Positions 41,942 to 52,324 of a stretch of 64,000 nt of DNA are shown here, in pieces. Position 1 is the stretch's first letter, and each line of letters starts with the position of its first letter. Where the stretch lies: contig CAWGIE010000036.1 in the NCBI GenBank assembly GCA_963822585.1, forward strand, positions 266,642 to 330,641, written 5' to 3'. The notes under the pieces were generated by a model, which saw only the letters and a program-made list of their open reading frames with translations, searched no databases and was not told the DNA's origin. The DNA comes from an uncultured bacterium (GTDB lineage Bacteria > Auribacterota > Erginobacteria > Erginobacterales > Erginobacteraceae). The translations under genes and the position numbers were made by a program.

Positions 41942-42490
41942 TTACGGTTGCCGCACCCGCCTCAGAGCGACGTCCGTCAGCCACAGCCAGAGAGGCGCGA
42001 TCAGGGTGGTCTGCCAGATGGTGGGCCAGAGCACCGAGCGCCAGACGACGGTCCAGGGCATCGCGACGGAGAAAACAAGCAGCAACAGGTAATAGAGAAG
42101 CCCGCTGATACCGGCCCCGACGGCGACCATGATAATACGCGTGGTAAAGTGTCCCCGGTAGAGAGAACTGCTGCCGAAGGCTATCAGCACCGCCGTCACC
42201 GCCAGGGAAACCGAGTGCAGTCCCAGTATCCCGGCGGAGAAGAGGTCGGCCATGATTCCCCCCGCCATCCCCGCGAACCAGCCCGGGACCGGGCCTTCCT
42301 GCAAGGACCAGTAAATCACTACAATCAGGACCAGATCGGGCCGGAAATTGAATAAAATACCGGCTCCCCCGGAGACGCCCTGGATAATGACTGAAGCCAA
42401 CAGGAGAAGAAACAGAATAAACCGTGCTCTCCATTTTTTACCCCGGGTGGGGCTGAAGTGATGAAAAGGACGCCGGACGGTGACGCTCAT
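41942..42490 (-). CDS. mreD: Rod shape-determining protein MreD
   Basis: Hydrophobic; RPDLVLIVVIYWSL, GGIMADL, LGLHS; lies between mreC and mrdA; start uncertain. Confidence 0.88.
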   Translation of the reverse strand: MSVTVRRPFHHFSPTRGKKWRARFILFLLLLASVIIQGVSGGAGILFNFRPDLVLIVVIYWSLQEGPVPGWFAGMAGGIMADLFSAGILGLHSVSLAVTAVLIAFGSSSLYRGHFTTRIIMVAVGAGISGLLYYLLLLVFSVAMPWTVVWRSVLWPTIWQTTLIAPLWLWLTDVALRRVRQP

Positions 42491-42559
42491 GGTCTAATTA
42501 TTGTCCCCCTCATCTTTATAGATAACGTGGAATAATGAAGACATTGTTACCCATTGCGT

Positions 42560-42790
42560 AAATTTCTAAATCCTAATTTCCTAAATCCTAAACAAATACA
42601 AAATCAGAAATTCAAATGTCAAAACCCAGATCGCCGGGCAAGGGGCAAGTAAAGAAAGGAGCCATTGGAAGATAGCCGATGCTCTAACCTTGGTTAATCA
42701 TAATCGGTCCAGGGTCCTGGTTGCGAGTCGGTTTGGGTCATTTGTCTTTGGGTCATTATTTAGGATTTCGAAATTAGGATTTAGGGTTTC
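42560..42790. repeat. AAATCCT-heptamer inverted element
   Basis: AAATTTCTAAATCCTAATTTCCTAAATCCTAAACAAAT ... ATTATTTAGGATTTCGAAATTAGGATTTAGGGTTT. Confidence 0.8.
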
Positions 42791-42857
42791 CAATAAGCGC
42801 TATGTATATCTTCTTAATGAGCTTGTTGCCCAATCCCTAAAAACTTTGGGCGGTTTT

Positions 42858-43637
42858 CTACTGCAATACCATCACCTGTTCCAGCCGGTCGAACCGGGTG
42901 GCCGGTTCCAGATCGGCATACTGGTAGAGACCGTTCTTTTGTTCATACACGCGGATTATGGTGCCGATAAGGAGACCGGGAGGATAAATCTGCCCGAGGC
43001 CCGAAGTGAGAACGATCTCGCCCGGGGATATCGGAGGCCGGCGCGGTATATACTTCATGACGCATCCTCCCTCGGCGGTTCCTTCCACAATCCCGGTCTG
43101 GCGGGAACTCTGGATTAATCCCCCCACCCCGCTGGTCCGATCTATGATCAGCAATACCCGGCTCAGATGGGGAGCGACCTCCACGATTTTCCCCACCACC
43201 CCCTGGGCCGAAACCACCGCCGCCGCCCTGACCACCCCATCCGCCCCGCCTTTATCGATCAGGACACTCTGGTTCCAATGATAGAGGTCCCGGCCGATGA
43301 CACGCGCGACGACCCCGTTGTAGTGTTGTTCGCGCTTGAAATCCAGCAAAGCTCTCAGCGCTTTATTCTCATTCTCAACCTCCCTGAGTCGGATGACCTC
43401 GGCCTCCAGGGATGTGTTCCGTTCTTCCAGACGGGGGTTTATCCGGGCGGCGTGGATGACACGGCCGATATTTTCCGCCAGAGTGCCCAGCGGCGAAAAA
43501 ATGGTGCTGGCGGCGGATTGGATCGGGGAGAAGATCTCGGCGACATGGATCTTCAGAAAAGAGGAATAAGAAGGAGAAAGGCTGAGAAGAGTGATCAGGA
43601 AGAGAGCGACTGCCACCGCGACAACAATCCTCCTCAT
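42858..43637 (-). CDS. mreC: Rod shape-determining protein MreC
   Basis: N-terminal TM, coiled coil ENENKALRALL, ARVIGRD, IDKG, GVVGKI, LTSGLG.IYPPG. Confidence 0.95.
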   Translation of the reverse strand: MRRIVVAVAVALFLITLLSLSPSYSSFLKIHVAEIFSPIQSAASTIFSPLGTLAENIGRVIHAARINPRLEERNTSLEAEVIRLREVENENKALRALLDFKREQHYNGVVARVIGRDLYHWNQSVLIDKGGADGVVRAAAVVSAQGVVGKIVEVAPHLSRVLLIIDRTSGVGGLIQSSRQTGIVEGTAEGGCVMKYIPRRPPISPGEIVLTSGLGQIYPPGLLIGTIIRVYEQKNGLYQYADLEPATRFDRLEQVMVLQ

Positions 43638-43648
43638 GGCAACAGCCC

Positions 43649-44689
43649 CTAGAGGGTCGACTTCTCAGCGACCACTATTCTTTTCAGGAAACGGAGTTCT
43701 TGCAGTACCTTCCCGGTTCCCAGGACGACCGCCTCGATCGGTTCGTCGGCTACGTTGACCGGAAGCCCTGTTTCCTCGCCCAATAACTTGTCGAGACCGC
43801 GGAGGAGAGCGCCCCCCCCGGCCAGAATCATCCCCCGGTCGACCAGATCGGCCGATAATTCGGGCGGACACCGTTCCAGACTGATACGGACGGCCTCGAT
43901 GATGGTGGAGATCGGTTCCGCAAGGGCTTCCCGGACTTCCTCGGAATTGATGATCATGGTCTTGGGGAGGCCCGCCACCAGGTCCCGGCCCTTGACTTCC
44001 ATGGTGAGTTCTTCCTCCAGAGGATAGGTGGAACCGATGTTGATCTTGATCATCTCCGCCATTCGGGGCCCGATCAGCAGGTTGTAGGTCCGTTTCAGGT
44101 ATTGGATGATGGCTTCGTCCAGCTCATCGCCGCCCACCCTGACCGAACGGCTGAATACGATGCCCGCCAGGGAGATAATGGCTACCTCTGAAGTACCTCC
44201 ACCAATATCGACGATCATATTCCCGGCCGCTTCCTGGACCGGGAGACCGACCCCGATGGCGGCGGCCATCGGTTCTTCGATCAGGTAGACCTCCCGGGCA
44301 CCGGCGTGCTCGGCGGAATCTTTGACGGCCCGTTTTTCCACCTCGGTAATACCCGAAGGAATCGCGACTACGATCCGGGGGCGAACCAGCGCCTTGCGGT
44401 TGTGAACCTTGCGGATAAAGTACCGGAGCATGCTCTCGGTAATCTCGAAGTCAGCGATCACTCCATCCTTGAGCGGACGGATAGCCACGATACTGCCCGG
44501 GGTTCTTCCCAGCATGTTCTTCGCCTCTTCCCCCACCGCCAGAACATTATTGGTGCCTTTCTGGATTGCGACCACCGAAGGCTCATTGAGAACGATACCG
44601 CGCCCTTTGACAAAGACCAGGGTAGAGGCGGTCCCGAGATCGATACCCATGTCCGCGGAAAACATCCCCAGAAAGCGATCGAATAGCAT
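43649..44689 (-). CDS. mreB: Actin-like MreB
   Basis: [50 protein letters not shown]. Confidence 0.98.
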   Translation of the reverse strand: MLFDRFLGMFSADMGIDLGTASTLVFVKGRGIVLNEPSVVAIQKGTNNVLAVGEEAKNMLGRTPGSIVAIRPLKDGVIADFEITESMLRYFIRKVHNRKALVRPRIVVAIPSGITEVEKRAVKDSAEHAGAREVYLIEEPMAAAIGVGLPVQEAAGNMIVDIGGGTSEVAIISLAGIVFSRSVRVGGDELDEAIIQYLKRTYNLLIGPRMAEMIKINIGSTYPLEEELTMEVKGRDLVAGLPKTMIINSEEVREALAEPISTIIEAVRISLERCPPELSADLVDRGMILAGGGALLRGLDKLLGEETGLPVNVADEPIEAVVLGTGKVLQELRFLKRIVVAEKSTL

Positions 44690-44761
44690 TGTATCCTCCT
44701 TACAATTTTCCGTCGGAAAATCTTAAACTATCTTTACATCAATAGTGTGAAATAACCCATG

Positions 44762-44789
44762 ATAATAGAACATATTATAATTATGGCAA
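44762..44789 (-). promoter_or_regulatory. Putative promoter of the mreBCD operon
   Basis: Minus strand TTGCCA-16 nt-TATTAT in an AT-rich gap. Confidence 0.35.
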
Positions 44790-44845
44790 GTTAAATCAGT
44801 GCCTTTTTGCGTTGCCGCTCCGGGGAATTGTGGCCTTATGCGGAA

Positions 44846-46126
44846 CTATCCCTTGATGAGAAAAGCCCTCGATTCTCCCAGCGCCCCGTCTTCGATCATG
44901 ACTTCCACATATACATCTTTCTGGTGATAATCAACCTTGACGACCTTCCCATCCTGATGGAGACGGGCGACCAGGTCCGCCCGGCTTTGCGGGATGAGGA
45001 GGCGGAAACGGCTTCGCCGGGATTCCAAATGCGCATCGATCGCCTTCAGCAGATCGACAAGACCGGTCTGTTGGAGAGCTGAAATCGGGATTCCTCCCTC
45101 CAGCCGGGCGCGGGCTTCATCAATCAGGAAAGGATCCTCCACCCGGTCGGTCTTGTTAAGGGCGACGATTACCGGTTTCTCATCCGCCTTCAGTTCTCGC
45201 AGCACCGCCTCGACCGCTTTTTGACGCTCCCAGACCATCCGATGAGATATATCCAGCACCTCTAAAAGCAGATCGGCTTCCCCGACCTCTTCGAGGGTGG
45301 CCCGGAAAGAGTCGATCAAATGGTGGGGAAGATTACGGATGAACCCGACCGTGTCGCTGAAAAGGACCGGGCGGCCGGAGGGGAGGATGGCCTTCCGGGT
45401 AATCGGATCCAGGGTGGCGAAGAGTCTGTTCTCGGCCGGGACCGAGGCCTCGGTCAGGGCGTTAAGGAGGGTCGACTTCCCGGAGTTGGTATACCCGATA
45501 ATCGAGATAACGGGGATCCCGGTCTGGATACGATGTTTCCTCTGCGCCTCCCGATGGAGCCTGACTTTCTCGATCTCTTTCTCCAGGCGATGGATCCTGG
45601 TCCGGGCGATCCTCCGGTCGACTTCAACCTGTTTCTCTCCCGCGTCCCGGGTTCCCATCATCCCTCCCTTCTGCCGGGACAGATGAGCCCATGCCCCCGT
45701 CAGGCGCGGGAGGGCATACTGGAGCTGCGCCAGTTCGATCTGAAGACGCGCTTCCCGGGTCCGGGCGCGCCGGGCGAAGATGCTCAGGATCAGTTCGGTG
45801 CGGTCGTTGACCCTGACCCCGGTCACGTCCTGGAGGTTCCTGAGCTGTACGGGGGAGAGATCTCCGTTAAAGACCAGGACCGCGATGTTGTCCCGGCGGC
45901 AGCGGGCGGCGAGCTCTTTTGCCTTTCCGGGACCGATGTACGTGGCGGGATGAGGCCGTGTACGCCGTGAGATATCCTCACCGATTATCTCCAGGCCGGC
46001 GGTCCTGGCCAGCTGGGCGAGTTCGGTCAGCATATCTTTTATCTCCCAGCGATCGGCACGCGGCAACTCTACCCCCAGCAGGAGAGCCCGGCGCGCCGGT
46101 TCCATCTCTTTTTTGATCTCGATCAC
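44846..46126 (-). CDS. hflX: GTPase HflX
   Basis: DRTELILSIF, LAQLQYALPRL, GYTNSGKSTL, LFATLDP, SDTVGFI, NKTD. Confidence 0.97.
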   Translation of the reverse strand: MIEIKKEMEPARRALLLGVELPRADRWEIKDMLTELAQLARTAGLEIIGEDISRRTRPHPATYIGPGKAKELAARCRRDNIAVLVFNGDLSPVQLRNLQDVTGVRVNDRTELILSIFARRARTREARLQIELAQLQYALPRLTGAWAHLSRQKGGMMGTRDAGEKQVEVDRRIARTRIHRLEKEIEKVRLHREAQRKHRIQTGIPVISIIGYTNSGKSTLLNALTEASVPAENRLFATLDPITRKAILPSGRPVLFSDTVGFIRNLPHHLIDSFRATLEEVGEADLLLEVLDISHRMVWERQKAVEAVLRELKADEKPVIVALNKTDRVEDPFLIDEARARLEGGIPISALQQTGLVDLLKAIDAHLESRRSRFRLLIPQSRADLVARLHQDGKVVKVDYHQKDVYVEVMIEDGALGESRAFLIKG

Positions 46127-46276
46127 CTTAATTTTTTCCTCTTACTTTTTTCCTCCGGAAAAAAGTAGTTTCGAACAAAGACAAAGATGAGAGGTCCAGC
46201 AACATGAAAACATATTGATTATATCAACTTATGTGGCGAAGAATTCAAATCAACCATATATTTTCACCCGCACTAT

Positions 46277-47629
46277 TTAAGAGAAAGAATACCATATTAT
46301 TCTATCAACCACATCCTCGGGTGTGTCATCGGCGCCGATGTCAATCCATTGAATTCTTCCGTCCCTTCGCCACCAGGTCAGCTGACGTTTGGCAAAATGC
46401 CTGGTATTAGCTGCCAGGCGGCGGACGGCTTCCTCCCGGGGGTACTCGCCGTGTAAATAACCGATTGTTTCCTTGTAACCCAGTGCCTGCCGGGCAACAG
46501 GGTTTTCTCCGACATCCAGTGCCAGGAGCCGCTTCGTCTCTTCAATCAGCCCCCCCTCAAACATCTCCTCCGCTCTGCGTTCGATCCGCGCGTAGAGGTC
46601 GGCTCGGTCCCGCCGGAGCCCGATCATCAAGTAGGCAGTGGACAGTGGGCAGTGGACAGTGGTCGGCTTCTCCCCGGATAGGAGGGCGTTCTGCCCCACC
46701 TCGTTGAACGTTGAACGTTGAGCGTTGAGCGTTGAACGTTCGTCCCGTCCCCCGGCCTCCTGCTCCCCGCGCTCGGCGATCTGCCCCACCCCGTTGAACG
46801 TTGAACGTTGAGCGTTGAACGTTGAGCGTTCGTCCTGTCCCCCGGCCTCCTGCTCTCCGTGCGCGACATTCTGCCCCTCCTCGTTGAACGTTGAACGTTG
46901 AATGTTGGACGTTGAACGTTCGTCCCCGGGTGCTCTACCTTCATCCCGCCCCGCACCCCTCTCCCCCTTCGGGGGGAGAGGGTGGACGCCGCAGCTCGGA
47001 GAGCGAAGGCGGCCGGGTGAGGGGGACGGCAACCGACCTCCGTCCGGGACATTATGCGCTATGCCCTCTGCACTATGCTCCCCTCTCCACTGTGTCTGCC
47101 ATTGGGAAATGGGAATACCGGTCGCCTCGTATACTTCCAGTGCCCGGATAATTCTTTTTCGGTTATGAGGATGAATCCGGGCGGCGGCGGCCGGATCCAG
47201 CTCCTGAAGAATCCGGTGCAGGTACTCGGGCCCCTTCTCTTCTTCTTCTCTTCTCAGGTATTCACGATAGGAATAATCGGCGGGGGGCGACTCAAAGATT
47301 CCGTCCACCAGGACCTTGAGGTACAATCCGGCCCCGCCCACCACGATCGGGATCGCCTGGCGGCTTTTGATCCCGGCGATCAGGGGAAGAGCCAGATCCC
47401 GAAACCGGGCCGCGCTGTATTGTTCGGAAGGATCGAGGATGTCGATCAGGTGGTGGGGCACACGCGAGAGGTCCCGGGGGGACGGTTTGGCGGTGGCGAT
47501 ATCCAGTCCACGGTACACCTGGAAAGCATCGGCGCTGATGATCTCTCCTCCGATTCTTTCCGCCAAAAGGAGAGAGACCGCGGTTTTCCCGACCGCGGTC
47601 GGTCCCAGGATAATGAGCGTCTCATCCAA
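46277..47629 (-). CDS. miaA: tRNA dimethylallyltransferase with ~150-aa repeat-derived in-frame insertion
   Basis: GPTAVGKT, ISADAFQVY.GLDIATAKP, VPHHLID, VGGAGLY, RIIRALEV, then the insertion, then LYARI, QALGYKE, TRHFAKRQLTW. Confidence 0.93.
   Translation of the reverse strand: MDETLIILGPTAVGKTAVSLLLAERIGGEIISADAFQVYRGLDIATAKPSPRDLSRVPHHLIDILDPSEQYSAARFRDLALPLIAGIKSRQAIPIVVGGAGLYLKVLVDGIFESPPADYSYREYLRREEEEKGPEYLHRILQELDPAAAARIHPHNRKRIIRALEVYEATGIPISQWQTQWRGEHSAEGIAHNVPDGGRLPSPSPGRLRSPSCGVHPLPPKGERGAGRDEGRAPGDERSTSNIQRSTFNEEGQNVAHGEQEAGGQDERSTFNAQRSTFNGVGQIAERGEQEAGGRDERSTLNAQRSTFNEVGQNALLSGEKPTTVHCPLSTAYLMIGLRRDRADLYARIERRAEEMFEGGLIEETKRLLALDVGENPVARQALGYKETIGYLHGEYPREEAVRRLAANTRHFAKRQLTWWRRDGRIQWIDIGADDTPEDVVDRIIWYSFS
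46690..46928. repeat. Three 90-bp-period units (third truncated) with GTTGAAC heptamers inside miaA
   Basis: TCTGCCCC at 46690, 46780 and 46870; encodes 30-aa repeats (DERSTxNxQRSTFN). Confidence 0.9.
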
Positions 47630-47657
47630 AATGTAAACTCTTCCTCAATTGCGATTG

Positions 47658-47880
47658 AACCACGAAGGACACGAAGAGCACGAAGAATACTATTCAAAGA
47701 GAGGGGAATCGGTCCGGTAAATCAATCAAGGCTTGATCCCTTTCGAGACGAAGGTTGATACACGATATGTCACTACAATCCGCTATATTTAAATCGCCAG
47801 TGAATATATAAACTTTTCCCGAATAGGTACGGCTTTTTCCTATATACATTTCCTTCGTGTTCTTCGTGTCCTTCGTGATT
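47658..47880. repeat. Inverted CACGAAG arms around a ~170-bp spacer
   Basis: AACCACGAAGGACACGAAGAGCACGAAG ... CTTCGTGTTCTTCGTGTCCTTCGTGATT. Confidence 0.85.
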
Positions 47881-47945
47881 CTATTTATTTTGCGTTTTTT
47901 GTCGAGGATCCTGAGCAGAGTCGAAGGGCGTCTTTTTGTGGCTGA

Positions 47946-48218
47946 ATAAAGGGGCCGAGGCGAGGCACCTTTTGCGTTTTTTGCGCCTTTTTGCGGCTAC
48001 ATAAAGGGGCCGAGGCGGGGCACCTTTTGCGTTTTTTACGCCTTTTTGCGGCTACATAAAGGGGCCGAGGCGGGGCACCTTTTGCGTTTTTTGCGCCTTT
48101 TTGCGGCTACATAAAGGGGCCGAGGCGGGGCACCTTTTGCGTTTTTTGCGCCTTTTTGCGGCTGAATAAAGAGGCCGAGGCGGGGGTACTTTTCACGTTT
48201 TTACGCCTTTTTGCGGCT
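47946..48218. repeat. 55-bp tandem repeat x5 (VNTR)
   Basis: ATAAAGGGGCCGAGGCGGGGCACCTTTTGCGTTTTTTGCGCCTTTTTGCGGCTAC; units start at 47946, 48001, 48056, 48111 and 48166. Confidence 0.95.
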
Positions 48219-48222
48219 TCTT

Positions 48223-49944
48223 TCACCGCCTCCCGAAACGCTTTCCCAGATCTTCCCAGGTATGGCTCACCATGGTCGGCCGACCGTGCGGGCAATGGCC
48301 GGGCTCGGCACAGGCATACAGTTCCTCGACCAGGCGGCTCAGTTCAACCGGCTCCAGGCGGTCGTGGGCCTTGACCGCGGCCTGGCAGGCCATCCGGATG
48401 ATAATCTTCTCCCGGGGGTCGGCCGGGCCTTCTCCCTTCTCGTCGAGACGGCAGATCGCGTCTAAAATCAGCTCTTCCCGGTCCCCCTCGGAGAGGATAG
48501 ACGGCAACGCGGTTATGATGAAAGAATCGCCGCCGAACGGTTCAATCTCGATACCAAGCTCCTTGAAGAGGGGGATATTTTCCTCCAGCAACGCTGCCTG
48601 CTCCGGGGAGAGATCGACCGCGATCGGTGCCAGGAGAGACTGGACCTTGATCCGCTCCTGCCGGAAAGCTTTCCGGAAACGTTCATAAACAACCCGCTCA
48701 TGGGCGGCATGCTGGTCGATGATGGCAACTCCTTCCGGGGTCTCGACCAGCAGGTAACGGTTCCCGGCCTGCCCCAGAATCCGGCAGGGACCGGCAACAC
48801 CGGCGGCGTGCCTCTCTCCTTCCGGGAGACCCGCAACGGCCCCGGCCGGGGAGAGATCGATCTCCTTCTGCTCGCCCGGATAGGTCGGCCCGGCAGGCTC
48901 GCCCACCCCGCCGGCGGGACGGCCTTCTCCGGGGGCGGAAGAAACGCGAACCGGCGCGGCCTTCTTCAGGGCATCCGTCACGGCCCTGATCACCAGTCTT
49001 CGAACCCGGTCGGGGCGCGTGAACCTGACCTCTTTTTTGGCCGGATGAATATTTACGTCCACGCCGGTCCCGGCCAGGTCGATCGAGATCACCCCTGCCG
49101 GGTATCCGCGGCCGGGTAGGCGGACGCCGTACCCTTCCCGCACGGCGGAGGCGATCATCCGGTCCTGGATCGGACGGTTATTGATAAAAAGCGAAAGGCC
49201 CTTGCTGACAGTGGCCGCTCGGCCGGGTGAAACGATAAGACCGCGGACGACGATACCATCTTCACTTGCCTGCAGGGGGATCAGACGATCGACCGTGTCA
49301 TGCCCCCAGAGATCGCCCAACCGCGACCGCAAAGTATCTACCGCCGGCAGGAAAAACACTTCCTCTCCTTCTCTCACGAACCGGAAAGCCACTTGCGGAT
49401 TGGCCAGGGCATGGGCGATGACCTCGGCCGTAATATGCCCCATTTCAGTCCGGGGGGACTTTAAAAATTTCAGGCGCGCGGGAGTGTTGAAGAAGAGCCG
49501 GCGCACTTCGATAACCGTCCCCGCCGGGGCGCCGGCCGCGGAGACATCCCGGATCGAGCCGGCGATAATGTGGATGCGGATCCCGGATAGGGCCCCCGCC
49601 GGCCGGGTGGTGAGCCTGACCTCAGAGACACCGGCGATACTGGGCAGGGCTTCTCCCCGGAAACCGAGTGTGGAGAGCTGTTCCAGATCGGAGAAATTTT
49701 TCAGTTTGCTGGTTGAATGCCGCTCGAAAGCCAAAAGCAGATCATCCCGCTCCATCCCGCTGCCGTCGTCCTCCACCCTGATCAGCTTCCTTCCCCCGCC
49801 CCGCACCTCTACCCCGATGTTCTTCGCTCCCGCGTCAAGAGAATTCTCCATCAATTCCCTGACCACGGAAGCGGGCCGTTCCACGACCTCTCCGGCGGCA
49901 ATCTTATTGACCACCGCTTCCGGTAGTATTTTTACTCGGGCCAT
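48223..49944 (-). CDS. mutL: DNA mismatch repair protein MutL (endonuclease type)
   Basis: IAAGEVVERP, ENSLDAGA, GFRGEAL, DVNIHPAK, DQHAAHER, CPHGRP. Confidence 0.98.
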   Translation of the reverse strand: MARVKILPEAVVNKIAAGEVVERPASVVRELMENSLDAGAKNIGVEVRGGGRKLIRVEDDGSGMERDDLLLAFERHSTSKLKNFSDLEQLSTLGFRGEALPSIAGVSEVRLTTRPAGALSGIRIHIIAGSIRDVSAAGAPAGTVIEVRRLFFNTPARLKFLKSPRTEMGHITAEVIAHALANPQVAFRFVREGEEVFFLPAVDTLRSRLGDLWGHDTVDRLIPLQASEDGIVVRGLIVSPGRAATVSKGLSLFINNRPIQDRMIASAVREGYGVRLPGRGYPAGVISIDLAGTGVDVNIHPAKKEVRFTRPDRVRRLVIRAVTDALKKAAPVRVSSAPGEGRPAGGVGEPAGPTYPGEQKEIDLSPAGAVAGLPEGERHAAGVAGPCRILGQAGNRYLLVETPEGVAIIDQHAAHERVVYERFRKAFRQERIKVQSLLAPIAVDLSPEQAALLEENIPLFKELGIEIEPFGGDSFIITALPSILSEGDREELILDAICRLDEKGEGPADPREKIIIRMACQAAVKAHDRLEPVELSRLVEELYACAEPGHCPHGRPTMVSHTWEDLGKRFGRR

Positions 49945-49959
49945 AAAAATTCCGCTTAT

Positions 49960-50120
49960 AAATTAGCTCGCTGCGCTCGCAACTTTTGCCACCAAGACAC
50001 CAAGACACCAAGAAAAAACAAATAAGGTGAGTATTTTACTCTTTTTAGTGTCTTTGTGCCTTGGTGGCATATGATTATTGAAATTTTGAAGCAGCAACTT
50101 AGCGCCTTCGGCGCATATTT
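49960..50120. repeat. Modular cassette with CACCAAG payload and closing hairpin
   Basis: AAATTAGCTCGCTGCGCTCGCAACTTT, payload 49988-50068, TTGAAATTTTGAAGCAG, then CAACTTAGCGCCTTCGGCGC. Confidence 0.85.
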
Positions 50121-50691
50121 ATTTTACCAAGCCTTCCTTTAAAACCACCGCCCAGATATGCCGGCAGGCAAAGCCGAATTTTTTCCCTCGATAGGTGTAA
50201 TCCGGTCCGCTGCACGAGGCCCCCAGGAGTGGTCCTTCCCTGACCAGCGTTACCGTGTTCTCACCCACCTCATACCGGTTATCGTCGATTTTCTTTACCT
50301 TGCCGGCATCGATCCTTCCCTTGTCGTAGCGGTCCCCTTCCTTTACCATCCCGGGTTCGATCTCTATATACCCGTCGGGGAGCTTGAAGATTCTCCGGCC
50401 GATCGTATCGGCCTCTTTCCGGCATTCTTCGGTCTTGATCCGCATCGCATCCGGCTGCCAGTCCGGAAAATGACCGGTAATCTCATCATAAACCCCGATC
50501 GCCTCGGTGAACTTATCGTAGGCCAGTCGGTCATCTTTCCCGTAGAGCGCTTTTTTGGCTTCCCGGACCAGGAGATACGCCTTCTGGTTCAGCTCCCCCG
50601 GAGTCATTTCCGTTTCTTCTCCCGTAATCCGAGCCGGGGACATCAATGCCAGGACCCATACCGACACCAACAACATGCATACATTTTTCAT
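50119..50691 (-). CDS. Exported hypothetical protein with TPR-like hairpin and degenerate SWIM-like C-terminus
   Basis: Signal peptide from ATG 50691 (SD GGAGG upstream); C-terminal ASCSGPDY...ACRHIWAV. Confidence 0.65.
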   Translation of the reverse strand: MKNVCMLLVSVWVLALMSPARITGEETEMTPGELNQKAYLLVREAKKALYGKDDRLAYDKFTEAIGVYDEITGHFPDWQPDAMRIKTEECRKEADTIGRRIFKLPDGYIEIEPGMVKEGDRYDKGRIDAGKVKKIDDNRYEVGENTVTLVREGPLLGASCSGPDYTYRGKKFGFACRHIWAVVLKEGLVK

Positions 50692-50750
50692 GTCTTTCCT
50701 CCCCCCAATCATAAATAGTCCATTTAATGTAATATCGAAGATGCTTCACA

Positions 50751-50794
50751 TAAATTATTTCCCGTGCCGTCTTGCCGGCACGGGAAATAATTTA
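50751..50794. terminator. 19-bp stem-loop at the comM 3' end
   Basis: TAAATTATTTCCCGTGCCG-tcttgc-CGGCACGGGAAATAATTTA. Confidence 0.6.
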
Positions 50795-52324
50795 TAACCA
50801 GAGCTTCCGGTCAAGGACACGGTATTGGATCGCCTCCGAAACGTGGGCCGGCTGCAAATCTTCTTCCCCCGCCAGATCGGCGATGGTCCGGGAGACTTTG
50901 AGGATTCTATCGTAGGCGCGGGCGGAGAGGCCCATCTCATCCATCGCGGTCTCCAAAAGTTCCCTCCCCGTCCGGGAGAGACGGGAAAACTTTCGGAGAG
51001 AGGACGATTCCATGTCGGCATTGCAGTAGATGCCCGTCCCTCGGAAGCGATTCTGCTGAATGGCACGTGCTTTCCCTACCCGTCGACGAATCGATTCCGA
51101 GTTGGCAGCTGGTTCCCCTCCGGAAAGATCCCGGTAATCCACCGCTCCCACCTCGACATGAATATCGATCCTGTCGAGCAGGGGTCCTGATATCTTGGCC
51201 ATGTATTTCTGGATCTGCCCCGGCGTACATCGACATTGCCGCCGGGGATCCGTGTAATAGCCGCAGGGACACGGGTTCATCGCCGCTACCAGCATAAAAC
51301 GGGCGGGGAAGGTAAGCGAACCGGTAGCCCGGGAGATCGTCACTTCCCCGTTTTCGATCGGCTGGCGAAGGACTTCCAGGACGTTGCGATGAAACTCGGG
51401 CAGTTCATCCAGGAAGAGAACCCCGTTATGGGCCAGGCTGACTTCCCCGGGCTTGATCTTCGCTCCTCCTCCTATTAAAGCGATGTCACTGATGGTATGG
51501 TGCGGACTCCGGACCGGACGGGTGGCGAGCAGGGCGGCGCCTTTTCCGAGCAGCCCCACCGAACTGTGGATCCTCGTCGTCTCCAGAGCCTCCTCCAGCG
51601 ACATCACCGGCAGGATGGTCGGGATCCGCTTGGCCAGCATGGATTTCCCGGCCCCGGGAGGGCCGATCATGATCAGGTTGTGTCCTCCGGCCACGGCCAC
51701 CTCGATGGCGCGTTTGACATCCTGCTGCCCCTTGACGTCGGAAAAATCGATCGGGTATCCGCTGGATTCCTTGAAGATCTCGTTCAGGTCGATCCGGACC
51801 TGAGGGAGATCGATCTCACCGGACAGATACTTGACCGCCTGGGAAAGGTTTTTCACCGCCCTCACCTCCAACCCCTGAACGATGGCGGCTTCCCGGGCGT
51901 TATCCGCCGGCACCAGAAGCGAGCTCGCCCCCCACCCTCGGGCCGCCATGGCGATCGAGAGAATCCCGTTAACCGGCCGGATGGCCCCGTTCAGAGCCAG
52001 TTCCCCCAGTATGACATTACCGGGAAGACCGGCAGCGGGCATCTGGCCGCTGGCGGCCAGGACCCCCAGAGCGATCGGGAGATCGAAACTGGGACCTTCC
52101 TTTTTGACGTCGGCGGGAGCCAGATTGACGGTGATCTTGTCGTCGGGATACTCGAACCCGGAGTTATTGAGCGCCGTCCGGACCCGGTCCTTGCTCTCTT
52201 TCACCGCCGCGTCCGGAAGCCCCACCACCACCTCCACGGGTAGCCCCCCGCTCACGTCCACCTCGATCTCGATCGGATAGGCGTCTATTCCCAGCAGTCC
52301 CGCCGAGAAAACCTTGGCCAGCAT
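50792..52324 (-). CDS. comM: YifB/ComM Mg-chelatase-like AAA+ ATPase
   Basis: [64 protein letters not shown]. Confidence 0.96.
   Translation of the reverse strand: MLAKVFSAGLLGIDAYPIEIEVDVSGGLPVEVVVGLPDAAVKESKDRVRTALNNSGFEYPDDKITVNLAPADVKKEGPSFDLPIALGVLAASGQMPAAGLPGNVILGELALNGAIRPVNGILSIAMAARGWGASSLLVPADNAREAAIVQGLEVRAVKNLSQAVKYLSGEIDLPQVRIDLNEIFKESSGYPIDFSDVKGQQDVKRAIEVAVAGGHNLIMIGPPGAGKSMLAKRIPTILPVMSLEEALETTRIHSSVGLLGKGAALLATRPVRSPHHTISDIALIGGGAKIKPGEVSLAHNGVLFLDELPEFHRNVLEVLRQPIENGEVTISRATGSLTFPARFMLVAAMNPCPCGYYTDPRRQCRCTPGQIQKYMAKISGPLLDRIDIHVEVGAVDYRDLSGGEPAANSESIRRRVGKARAIQQNRFRGTGIYCNADMESSSLRKFSRLSRTGRELLETAMDEMGLSARAYDRILKVSRTIADLAGEEDLQPAHVSEAIQYRVLDRKLWL

Noticed and set aside
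46634..47083. Intein or self-splicing intron in miaA
   Set aside because: There is no Cys/Ser start or His-Asn end, no homing endonuclease, and no group I/II consensus. The insert is made of simple repeats.
47946..48218. Possible CRISPR array
   Set aside because: The units are near-identical along their whole 55 bp with no unique spacers, and there are no cas genes in the window. It is a tandem repeat.
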